A stretch of DNA of 48,766 nt, from assembly GCA_039586365.1 (NCBI GenBank), contig JBDHKN010000043.1, forward strand, positions 1-48,766, in the 5' to 3' direction. The position numbers were made by a program, and so were the translations under genes. Of the stretch, positions 1-7,525 are shown piece by piece. The DNA is from Gemmatimonadota bacterium. GTDB lineage: Bacteria > Gemmatimonadota > Gemmatimonadetes > Gemmatimonadales > GWC2-71-9. The notes under the pieces are model-generated. The model made no database searches, was not told where the DNA came from, and saw only the letters and a program-made list of their open reading frames with translations. Position 1 is the first letter of the stretch. Every line of letters begins with the position of its first letter.

Positions 1-1
1 T

Positions 2-73
2 GTGGAAACCACGATCTCGTTCGTCTACAAGGTCTGCCGGCCGACGACCCAGGATCACGGGGATCGGATGTAG
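2..73 (+). CDS. 3' end of a gene entering from the left (partial, unknown product)
   Basis: Frame 2 reads VETTISFVYKVCRPTTQDHGDRM* with nearly all G/C-ending codons; TAG at 71-73. Confidence 0.35.
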   Translation: METTISFVYKVCRPTTQDHGDRM

Positions 74-129
74 ATCTGTGACAAGGTCACTGTGGAACAT
101 CCATTCGACACCGCTATTTGTACCACTAT

Positions 130-282
130 GTACGCGGCGGCTGTGGTCTCGTCGTCTCGCGGGCGTCGAACTGCGGCGTCTGTCTGGCGGCGGGGCACAA
201 AAGGCCACCGGCGTACTGTCTCCATAGCACGGTGGCCTTGAGGGCAACCGTTAACATGCAGCATGGTACAAGGGTCGGCTAG
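130..282 (+). repeat. Dispersed non-coding element, copy A (most complete)
   Basis: TCTCGTCGTC-N5-GGCGTC-N3-CTGCGGCGTCT (147-181), AAGGCCACCG (201-210) / CGGTGGCCTT (230-239) inverted repeat, GAGGG, ATG at 256. Colinear blocks recur at 12489, 44178 and 48455. Confidence 0.8.
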
Positions 283-285
283 GTC

Positions 286-325
286 AAGAGACAAAGCCCC
301 GAGCGCCGCGAGACGCCCGGGGCTT
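286..325 (-). terminator. Rho-independent terminator of the PA-domain gene
   Basis: Minus strand: AAGCCCCGGGCG-N8-CGCTCGGGGCTT followed by TGTCTCTT. Confidence 0.55.
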
Positions 326-373
326 AGCACACCGCCCGGCGCAGGGCCGGGCGATGAGGTACGGCGACTCCTG

Positions 374-964
374 TCAGTTGCAGCCGTTGGGGCTTTCGGG
401 GGAATTCTTGCAGCTTTCGAGCGTCGCCGTGACCGGCGCCGCATTTCGCAAGTCTAGGCCGGTGCTGTGCCCCACGAAGACGCCCGGTACGGCGACAGGA
501 TTTCCTCCCATCGTAACCAAGTTATCGCCGCGGGCTTCGTCGTTGAACACAATCGCCGCGATCGCACCGGCCGCGACGGCTCTGCCAATCTTCTCGTCGA
601 AGCGGCATACTCCCCGCAGGATAAGCGCGATCTTCCCATCTGGGTCCACGACGAGTGGATCGGACGGACACGCTCTGCCGACGTACACGACCTCGCCCGT
701 GATCTCGCCACCGGGTAGATCGTCCAGTGGCGTGGTGATTGTACCCTCCGCTGCCGGGTGTGCTGCGCCCGCAAAGGAGACGACCGCGTCAAAATCGGGT
801 GTGCCGTCGTACTGGCAGGTCAAGTGAGCATTTCCAGACGGCGTGCGCACCCACTTGCTCTCATAGGTGAGGCTGGTACCCCCTTGAATCAGTGTGCAGA
901 GCCAGCCCGTCAACCTCTCCGTCTTCGGGATGCGCTCCAGCCCCCGGAACTGACAACTCAGGGT
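374..964 (-). pseudogene. 5'-truncated secreted-type protein with C-terminal PA (protease-associated) domain
   Basis: GEVVYVGRAC...GKIALILRGVCRFDEKIGRAVAAGAIAAIVFN is a PA-domain signature. Protein-like sequence runs back to TLSCQF at ~964 with no start codon or signal peptide before the HTH gene's RBS. Confidence 0.65.
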
Positions 965-989
965 GGGGGAAGAGGAAAGGAGATGCCCT

Positions 990-1217
990 GTGAAGGATCC
1001 TGCACGCACCGCAGCCTTTAGGCGCGCTATGCGGAAAGCCACGCCCACGATCGCGGAGGTAGCCGACGGCATGGGGATGCATGTCAACTCTGTGAGCGGA
1101 TACCTCAACCGCCTGCCTCCGTCCGACCGAGCGGTCGAGTTGTTGGTCCAGTGGCTCCGAGAGCACGCAGACCGGCTGCAATCCGAGGCCAACAAGCTCG
1201 AGAGGGGGCTGAAATGA
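990..1217 (+). CDS. Small HTH DNA-binding protein (possible excisionase/regulator)
   Basis: AAGGAG 977-982 then GTG 990; PTIAEVADGMGMHVNSVSGYLN is HTH-like; stop overlaps the integrase start (ATGA). Confidence 0.7.
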   Translation: MKDPARTAAFRRAMRKATPTIAEVADGMGMHVNSVSGYLNRLPPSDRAVELLVQWLREHADRLQSEANKLERGLK

Positions 1218-2395
1218 GCCGACTAAAGAAACGAGGCAAGCGTCTCTACGGAGACTTCCGTGATTACGCGGACGTCGGTGGGGGGTACGAAGCGCTCAAA
1301 CCGGAAGGCGAGGTACGCGCCACCACTGATCCCGATGAGGGTACGGCACTCCTCGCGGCGCGTCTCAAGGAACTCAAGGAACTGCGTAGACAAGGTTACT
1401 CCCCGGGCGACAGCCGCGACCCGAGGCTGGAGGACTACTCGCGATACCATTTGGCACAGAAGGCACATGCACGGCGGGCGGTCACGGTAGAGTCTGATGA
1501 ACGGCGGTTGCGAATGTGGCTAGACTACTTCCGTGATCACCTCAACCTGCCGAACATCCGACTTTCGCAGGTTACGGTCGAGCGGGTGACCAGGTTTCTC
1601 AATTGGTCACGGCAACAACCGGGGCGGAATGGAAACACGAAGTCCGGCCAGACCCTGCAGCACGAGTTGCACGCTCTTTCGAATCTGTTCAGGCGTGCAG
1701 TTCGAGAAGGAAAGGCCCGTGAGAACCCTGTAGCGCGGCTGCTGGACAGGCCGCGAATCGACCGTGAAGAAGCTACATACCTCGAGCCGGGAGAAGCCGC
1801 AAGGTTGCTCAAGGCCGCACAGAATCTGGACGCCAAAGGACATCACTTGGCGACGCCGTTCTTGCACCCGTTGCTCGCTACGTATCTCTACACAGGTGGT
1901 TCTCCCGTCGAGCCGTTGGGACTCGAGGTGCAAGACATCGACTTCGACAACGGTGTCGTCCACTTCCGTCCAAACAGGTGGAGATCGCTCAAGAGAAAGT
2001 GGCGGAAGCGTCTTGTTCCCCTATGGCCGGATCTCCGAGCAGTCCTCGCCGCTCACATCGGCGAGCGCGAACAAGGACTGTTGTTTCCCTCGAAAGACGG
2101 TAAGATGTTGACCGACTGGCGAGCGCGACTTGAGACTGCAGTGAAAGCCGCGAAGATCGAAAAGCACGTCACTCCGTACACGCTACGCCACACCTACACG
2201 GCCGCTAGACTTCAGACGCTAGACAACGGTCAACCGGTGTCACCGTGGACTGTAGCTTGTGAATTGGGGCACCGTGACGTAAACCTGATACAGCGCACCT
2301 ACGGCCACTTGCTGAAGACGAGGCACCGTTCTGACTCGGTAGAGTATCGTGAGGCCAAGGTGCTGGAGCACAAACGGAGAGCTAAGACGGGATGA
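1214..2395 (+). CDS. Tyrosine recombinase / phage-type integrase (first catalytic Arg apparently substituted)
   Basis: SAM-like core (HELHALSNLFRRAV...ENPV), YTGGSPVEPLGL, YTLRHTY, ELGH, catalytic Tyr in IQRTYGH; adjacent to a tRNA. Confidence 0.92.
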   Translation: MSRLKKRGKRLYGDFRDYADVGGGYEALKPEGEVRATTDPDEGTALLAARLKELKELRRQGYSPGDSRDPRLEDYSRYHLAQKAHARRAVTVESDERRLRMWLDYFRDHLNLPNIRLSQVTVERVTRFLNWSRQQPGRNGNTKSGQTLQHELHALSNLFRRAVREGKARENPVARLLDRPRIDREEATYLEPGEAARLLKAAQNLDAKGHHLATPFLHPLLATYLYTGGSPVEPLGLEVQDIDFDNGVVHFRPNRWRSLKRKWRKRLVPLWPDLRAVLAAHIGEREQGLLFPSKDGKMLTDWRARLETAVKAAKIEKHVTPYTLRHTYTAARLQTLDNGQPVSPWTVACELGHRDVNLIQRTYGHLLKTRHRSDSVEYREAKVLEHKRRAKTG

Positions 2396-2415
2396 TGTAT
2401 ACACGAGGGATTATC

Positions 2416-2450
2416 TTGTCACAGTGTTTGTCACAGTTTCTTGTTACAGT
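2416..2450 (+). repeat. Three 10-bp direct repeats, probable integrase arm-type sites
   Basis: TTGTCACAGT (2416), TTGTCACAGT (2428), TTGTTACAGT (2441), between the integrase stop and the tRNA. Confidence 0.7.
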
Positions 2451-2463
2451 TGGCAAATGATGA

Positions 2464-2505
2464 CTGACGGAAAGGCTCGTAACTGCGTAGTTTTTCAAGC
2501 ACTTG
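2464..2505 (+). promoter_or_regulatory. Possible tRNA promoter overlapping an IHF-like site
   Basis: CTGACG-N18-TAGTTT, 11 nt before the tRNA; TTTCAAGCACTTG (2493-2505) resembles WATCAANNNNTTR. Confidence 0.35.
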
Positions 2506-2588
2506 CCCGGGTGGTGGAACCGGTAGACACAAGGGACTTAAAATCCCTTGGGGGAAACCCCGTGCGGGTTCGAGTCCCGCCCCGGGCA
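2505..2588 (+). tRNA. tRNA-Leu (anticodon TAA), CCA not encoded
   Basis: Acceptor GCCCGGG/CCCGGGC, anticodon stem AGGGA/TCCCT with loop CTTAAAA, long variable arm GGGG-AAA-CCCC, T arm GCGGG-TTCGAGT-CCCGC, discriminator A. Confidence 0.97.
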
Positions 2589-2753
2589 TCTGCAACAAAG
2601 ACAACGGCCAAAAGTAGCTACGCGGCAATGCCAAACCAGCTCGAAGCAGCTTTTGAGCGGCAGGTGTTTGCGTTCAGTAGCCTCCTTGTGGCGAGCCTCG
2701 GCAGCCCCGGCGATGGCGCGTCCCTCGCCTGCAATTCTCGACCGGCCAATGAC

Positions 2754-2781
2754 TTGACGCACAATCGATCTGCCATATACT
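2754..2781 (+). promoter_or_regulatory. sigma70-type promoter of the serine hydrolase
   Basis: TTGACG-N16-TATACT about 45 nt upstream of the start. Confidence 0.55.
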
Positions 2782-2825
2782 GATCTGATCGAGGTCCCAT
2801 CTCACAGGTGCAAGGTCGGCCGTCC

Positions 2826-4004
2826 ATGTCTATGCAACGCAGGCGCCCGACGCGCTTGACCGCGAGTCGCCTGCTCTGCGCAGCGTCGATAGCCGTGGCA
2901 GCGTGCGGCGGTACTCTCACGGGGACAGACGAGCCGTACGTCTATGACCCACCCGCCGTGATCGACGACGGATGGCCGACGGCCTCGCTCGAAGGGACCG
3001 GGGCCGACATCGCGCGGCTGGAGGCGCTGGTCAGCGCAGCGCGCGACGCAATGTACGACCGACTCCACGGCGTGCTGATCGTGCATGAGGGTGCACTGGT
3101 GTTCGAGGAGTACTTCCCCGGCTACCGGTCGTTGGGCGGCCGAGCGGAAGGGCAGTGGGTCGAGTATTCCCGGACCACTAAGCACGAGTGCCAGTCCGCG
3201 ACGAAGTCGTTCCGCTCAGCCTTGGTGGGAATTGCCATCGACCAGGGGCTCATCGAGAGTGTCGACGTCCCCGTCGCCTCGTTCTTCCCCCAGCTGAGCG
3301 GTCTGTTCACGGGGGAGAAGGGCGAGATCACACTCCACCATCTGCTGACGATGTCGTCCGGCCTGGATTGGCCGGAGACCTCGACCCCCTATCCCGACAC
3401 AGGGAACCCGCTTTGGCAGATGTACCAGCTCCCGCGGAGCCAGTGGGCGCGCTTCGTCATCGAGCAGCCGATGGCCGCGTCGCCGGGCACCGTGTGGAAC
3501 TACAACACCGGGCTCTCGATCCTCATCAAGGAGATCCTAGACCAGGCGACTGGCATCGCCGCCGAGAGCTTCGCCGACAACGAGTTCTTTCTCAAGATGG
3601 AGAGCTACCGGCAGCACGGCTTTCCCTTCGTCGACTTCGTCCTCCCCCGCGACATGGCGAAGTTCGGTCAGGTGTTCTTGAGCGGCGGACGGTGGAAGGA
3701 GACCCGGGTCGTTTCAGAGGAGTGGATCGACGCGTCCACGCAGCGGCACTTCACCCCACCCTGGTCGGCTCCCCACGACGAAGGCTACGGGTATCTCTGG
3801 TGGGTCCGGACCCTGCGCGTCGGGTCTCAATCCTTCGACGCCTACTTTGCTCACGGCAATGGCGGGCAATCGATCTGGGTGATCGAAGACCTGGATCTCG
3901 TGATCGTTTTCACCGCCGGGTATTTCAGCGCGTCGGCTCCCCTGCTTGAGTGGCTCGAGGAATATGTGCTCCCGGCGATGCTGGGAGTGGGTGACGTGGC
4001 GTAG
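2826..4004 (+). CDS. Serine hydrolase, beta-lactamase/class C-like family, lipoprotein
   Basis: Lipobox VAAC, SxxK (SATK), LLTMSSG, WNYNT, LPRDMAKFG, AHGNGGQ. Start could be 2826 or 2832. Confidence 0.9.
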   Translation: MSMQRRRPTRLTASRLLCAASIAVAACGGTLTGTDEPYVYDPPAVIDDGWPTASLEGTGADIARLEALVSAARDAMYDRLHGVLIVHEGALVFEEYFPGYRSLGGRAEGQWVEYSRTTKHECQSATKSFRSALVGIAIDQGLIESVDVPVASFFPQLSGLFTGEKGEITLHHLLTMSSGLDWPETSTPYPDTGNPLWQMYQLPRSQWARFVIEQPMAASPGTVWNYNTGLSILIKEILDQATGIAAESFADNEFFLKMESYRQHGFPFVDFVLPRDMAKFGQVFLSGGRWKETRVVSEEWIDASTQRHFTPPWSAPHDEGYGYLWWVRTLRVGSQSFDAYFAHGNGGQSIWVIEDLDLVIVFTAGYFSASAPLLEWLEEYVLPAMLGVGDVA

Positions 4005-4181
4005 GCGGTGCGGATCCGCATGCCTGGCGCTGGCAGCCCACCGTCCGTGCAGCGGAGTGGCCGAATCCCGATCGTGGTTGTCCTTGGTGCCACAGATTTT
4101 CGGAGGCAGACTGTGGGAATCTCAAGGCGGGTGTTTGCCGCTACGAACGCCTGGCAGCCAACCTGCGCATGGTGAGGCGCT

Positions 4182-4397
4182 TCAGCCGCGTTCCCGCCGC
4201 TGGCGGTGTAAGACGAGGCCGCGCACGTTGCAGACGATGGAAAGGCCGATCAAGACCCCGGAGAGCCCGGCGACGAAGCCCTGCCAGAGGTCGGTGGGCG
4301 GGTGCACGAAGCGTTGCGTCAGGATGCCGACCACGAGGCTGAGCTGACCAACTGCGATGAGGGCTTCGGGATTGTGGAGCCGGTGTTTGAGCAGCAT
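4182..4397 (-). CDS. Small two-TM membrane protein
   Basis: Two hydrophobic segments; third gene of the XRE operon; GGAG upstream. Confidence 0.65.
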   Translation of the reverse strand: MLLKHRLHNPEALIAVGQLSLVVGILTQRFVHPPTDLWQGFVAGLSGVLIGLSIVCNVRGLVLHRQRRERG

Positions 4398-4416
4398 GGG
4401 CCTTTCTCCGGAGGGC

Positions 4417-4638
4417 TCAGTCGGTGAACCGGTACCACGCCATGGCCCCCAGCTTGACGCCGGCCATGGTGGCGGCGACGGCGAACAGGTCCCAGCTCCA
4501 GACGTGGTCGGCGTAGTAGTAGTAGGCCCACAGCCCGACGGCGACGAGACCTCCCATGACGCCGGCGAGGCTGGTGGACCTGAGCCGGTGCATCATGAAG
4601 CGCTCGTCGAGTTCCTTGCCGAAGATGGGGATGATCAT
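4417..4638 (-). CDS. Small membrane protein (DUF2178-like, DER motif)
   Basis: ELDERF followed by two TM helices; start overlaps the XRE stop (ATGA). Confidence 0.75.
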   Translation of the reverse strand: MIIPIFGKELDERFMMHRLRSTSLAGVMGGLVAVGLWAYYYYADHVWSWDLFAVAATMAGVKLGAMAWYRFTD

Positions 4639-4847
4639 GCGCTTTCCTCCAGGGTGAAGATCGCGTCGGTGGAGCAGCCGAAGACTTGCGCGAACTCGAG
4701 GGCCAGCGGGAGGCTGGGAACGTAGCGGTTGCGCTCGATGGAGTTGATGCTCTGGCGCGAGACACCAACGGCCTTGGCGAGCTTCTGCTGGGTCCAGCCC
4801 CGCTCGATGCGGAGCTCCTTGACGCGGTTGGTGACGATCGGGCGCAT
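4635..4847 (-). CDS. XRE-family HTH transcriptional regulator
   Basis: NRVKELRIERGWTQQKLAKAVGVSRQSINSIERNRYVPSLPLA. Confidence 0.93.
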   Translation of the reverse strand: MRPIVTNRVKELRIERGWTQQKLAKAVGVSRQSINSIERNRYVPSLPLALEFAQVFGCSTDAIFTLEESA

Positions 4848-4911
4848 GTCAAGTTCGCTTTCCATTACCAACATGAGGTCTCGATTGCCAAATGTCAAGT
4901 CAGCTTGTCAA
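4846..4911 (-). promoter_or_regulatory. XRE operon promoter with two operator-like quasi-palindromes
   Basis: TGTCAAG-N4-CTTTCCA (4847-4864) and TGTCAAG-N4-CTTGTCA (4893-4910); minus strand TTGACA-N17-CATGTT. Confidence 0.6.
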
Positions 4912-5072
4912 CGGGCCGTGTCTGTAGCTGTCTCCGCGTCCGAGCCTGAGGACCGGTGCGCGAGACCTCAGAACGTGTCCTCGCGGTGGGTGGCATTCCG
5001 AATTCGGAATTCATATCGGTTATGCTGCACCGAGTCCGATACGAGGCGGAGCGATGTTCGATTGGATCACCG

Positions 5073-5268
5073 ATCGCGACACCTAAAGCCGAGTCGGTGG
5101 AGAATGCGAAGTGGCGAAGCCGTGCTGAAGGGATCGAGGAACTCAGCCAGTACATCGCCTGGTACAACGGGCGGACTGCATTCGAACCCTAACTACACAA
5201 GCCCTGCTGTGCTCGAACGGCAGCTCAACGCGGCCTAATCCCGTGTCCACCAGACCGGGGCAAGACCA
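5073..5268 (+). mobile_element. IS3-family relic: frameshifted transposase C-terminus plus right inverted repeat
   Basis: IATPKAESVENAKWRSRAEGIEELSQYIAWYN / LHSNPNYTSPAVLERQLNAA* resembles the IS3 OrfB tail (YI.WYN..R.HS.LGY.SP); followed by GTGTCCACCAGACCGGGGCAAGACCA ending in CA. Confidence 0.75.
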
Positions 5269-5536
5269 CGTTCCCCACGACGATAGCAGCGTCCCCACGA
5301 CGACAGCGACGTTTCCCACAAGGCGGGTGGCGTTTCGGAAATCGATAGTCGCTTCTCCCCACAAGGGAGTGACACTCCCATCCTCAGTAGTGGCATTCCC
5401 GTCCATGGCGGTGCCGTTTCCCACCACGATGAGGAGGTTCCCTCGACAACGGGAAGGACTCTCGACGATGGTGGGGATGAGCGGGCAGGTAGTGGGACTT
5501 TCGGTGCAGATGGGGGGGCGATGTCCAAACTCGCCT
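5268..5536. repeat. Degenerate 21-nt tandem array (~12 units)
   Basis: Units such as ACGTTTCCCACAAGGCGGGTG, GCATTCCCGTCCATGGCGGTG, CCGTTTCCCACCACGATGAGG hold 21-nt phase from 5288. Confidence 0.7.
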
Positions 5537-5630
5537 CGCGATACCACCAGGCAGCGCATTGGGAATGGCCCAGCTACAGCTAATCCCGGACAGGCACCCG
5601 TGATCCACTAGACCGCCTCATTCATGTGCC

Positions 5631-5659
5631 TATATATTGCGTATATATATCTGACATAT
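5631..5659. promoter_or_regulatory. AT-rich palindromic operator-like site
   Basis: TATATA-TTGCG-TATATA and ATATATC-T-GACATAT in a GC-rich background, upstream of the second serine hydrolase. Confidence 0.4.
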
Positions 5660-5720
5660 TGAGCATACTGCGTGAGATCAAGGAGACCGATGAAACTCAT
5701 GTCGGTTACTACGGTCTAGC

Positions 5721-6908
5721 ATGCTGTTGCCGGCCCTCATTCTATTGGTGGCGTGCTTCGCCGCCTGCGAGTCTGCTACCGCTCCCGGTGAGGACACCTA
5801 CCTCTATGAGTACCGGGTCCCGGAGGCGATAGGTGACGGTTGGGAGACGGCGAGCCTGGCGGCGGCGGGCCTGAGCGAGTCTCACTTCATTCGCCTGATG
5901 GAAGATCTCCGCGACCTAGAGGGTCACGAGGTTCACAGCATCCTGGTGGTCAAGGACGGGAGGTTGGTCTTCGAGGAATACTTCGACGGGCGGAAGTTCA
6001 GCTTGGCCCAGTATACCGGCGGAACCGGCTTCGATCGTGAGGACACCCACAACCTGGCTTCCGTGACGAAGAGCTTCACGACGACACTGGTCGGCATAGC
6101 CATCGACCAGGGCTACGTCGCGTCGGTTCACCAACCAGTCTTCGACTTCTTCCCGGAGCATGCAGACCTTCTTGTGGAGGATCCGAGGAGGGGGGACATG
6201 ACCCTGGGGGATCTGCTGCTCATGATGTCCGGCATCACTTGGAATGATCTGGGCACGTATTCCTACGAAGATCCCCGGAACGATCTCGTCCAGATGTTCA
6301 ACAGTGGAGATCCCATCCGATACGCTCTCTCGAAGCAGCTCTATGCTCACCCAGGGACGGTCTTCGATTACTGCAATGCGAACACGAACATTCTCGGTGA
6401 GGCCGTAACCAGGGCCACCGGCCAGCGACTGGATGTCTTCGCCCAGGCGAACCTGTTCGATCCCCTGGGGATCGTCCACCTGGAGTGGCAGATGCTGCCG
6501 AATGATGTGGTTTTCGCCTCTGGGGATCTGCGGCTGCGGCCTCGGGACATGGCCAAATTCGGTGAGCTGTTCTTGAGAATGGGGACGTGGGGTGAGGAGC
6601 AGGTTGTCTCACAAGAGTGGGTGGAAGTGGCCACGGAGCGGCACGTGGTACCCTCGGCCAGCCATGATTGGGCCGACGCCTACGGCTATGGGTGGTGGCA
6701 TTGGGATATCTCTTCCGGCGATAGGGACCACCAGACCTATCAGGCCAGCGGTTGGGGTGGGCAGTGGATCATCGTGATCCCCGAGCACGAGATGGTCGTG
6801 GTTTCCACGGGTGGCAACTACTACCAGTCAGCGCCCATGCCGGTCGAGAGGATGCTGGCGGACTATGTACTGACCGCAATTCAGCACACCGCCAGCTCCT
6901 CCCAGTAG
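5721..6908 (+). CDS. Serine hydrolase, beta-lactamase/class C-like family, lipoprotein (paralog of 2826-4004)
   Basis: Lipobox FAAC, SVTK, FDYCN, LRPRDMAKFG, ASGWGGQ. The best RBS/ATG (5690) is out of frame by one base. Confidence 0.9.
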   Translation: MLLPALILLVACFAACESATAPGEDTYLYEYRVPEAIGDGWETASLAAAGLSESHFIRLMEDLRDLEGHEVHSILVVKDGRLVFEEYFDGRKFSLAQYTGGTGFDREDTHNLASVTKSFTTTLVGIAIDQGYVASVHQPVFDFFPEHADLLVEDPRRGDMTLGDLLLMMSGITWNDLGTYSYEDPRNDLVQMFNSGDPIRYALSKQLYAHPGTVFDYCNANTNILGEAVTRATGQRLDVFAQANLFDPLGIVHLEWQMLPNDVVFASGDLRLRPRDMAKFGELFLRMGTWGEEQVVSQEWVEVATERHVVPSASHDWADAYGYGWWHWDISSGDRDHQTYQASGWGGQWIIVIPEHEMVVVSTGGNYYQSAPMPVERMLADYVLTAIQHTASSSQ

Positions 6909-6920
6909 GCCGACTGTTAG

Positions 6921-7010
6921 AGGCCGGCAGCGTTTCCCGCATATGGGGAGCGTTGGGGGGCAGGGGCTCAGGACGTGGTCGAGCACACAGCGGGACCGGA
7001 CTGCCGGCCT
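6921..7010. repeat. 10-bp perfect inverted repeat downstream of the hydrolase
   Basis: AGGCCGGCAG (6921-6930) / CTGCCGGCCT (7001-7010). Confidence 0.45.
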
Positions 7011-7026
7011 GGAAGCGTGTCTGAGA

Positions 7027-7268
7027 TCAGAGGACAGCGACCTCCCCAGTCAACTGCCGCGCGTGCCGCTCGACTACTTGCCTGATTCTTGAGTAGACGT
7101 CTGCCTCTCCGAAATCTTCGGCGCAGGCCTCGCCACGTCAGGTGCTGCGGAGGTAACGGAGTCAACGAGTTCCAGTAGAAGCACTCGCACACGGTCCCAA
7201 GGAAGGTCAACTCGTGCAGCGAAGAGCCTCCAGTCGCTCTTCTGAACGTTGCGGATGTCCCAGGAGCG
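7027..7268 (-). pseudogene. Frameshifted C-terminal fragment resembling HipA-family toxins
   Basis: RSWDIRNVQKSDWRLFAARVDLPWDRVRVLLLEL... then, after a frameshift, EACAEDFGEADVYSRIRQVVERHARQL; in-frame stop immediately upstream. Confidence 0.4.
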
Positions 7269-7525
7269 TCAACACCGGCGTGTAGCCCGGGTCGAAACTG
7301 CGGCAAAATGTGGTGCCGAAAGCCTACGGAGCAAACCGGCGCGGCCGCGCATCCAAAGGGCAGGCGGTTGCCGCATCCCGTTGATGCTGCCACGGAGATC
7401 GGTGCTGTTCATCCACGATCGGTGATTCTAAAAATTTGTGCGCAGCACGTACCACGCGAGGACTTGCCATAGCCGACGCGACTAGTGTCTTCGCCTCCGG
7501 CGCCACCTTTAGGCGGCTGGACTCC

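Noticed and set aside
76..85. CTGTGACAAG, reverse complement of the arm-repeat region at 2415-2424
   Set aside because: Single 10-mer with no tRNA fragment nearby; may be chance.
1901..1915. Inverting these 15 nt would place Arg at the catalytic position
   Set aside because: It would lose the conserved Glu, and no flanking inverted repeats support an inversion.
2505..2588. bldA-like TTA-codon regulation
   Set aside because: The TTA codons I noticed are scattered through unrelated genes; no pattern.
2826..4004. Calling the serine hydrolases antibiotic-resistance beta-lactamases
   Set aside because: Motifs identify only the broad family, which is mostly esterases, amidases and peptidases.
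5268..5536. CRISPR array
   Set aside because: No constant repeat with unique spacers and no cas genes.
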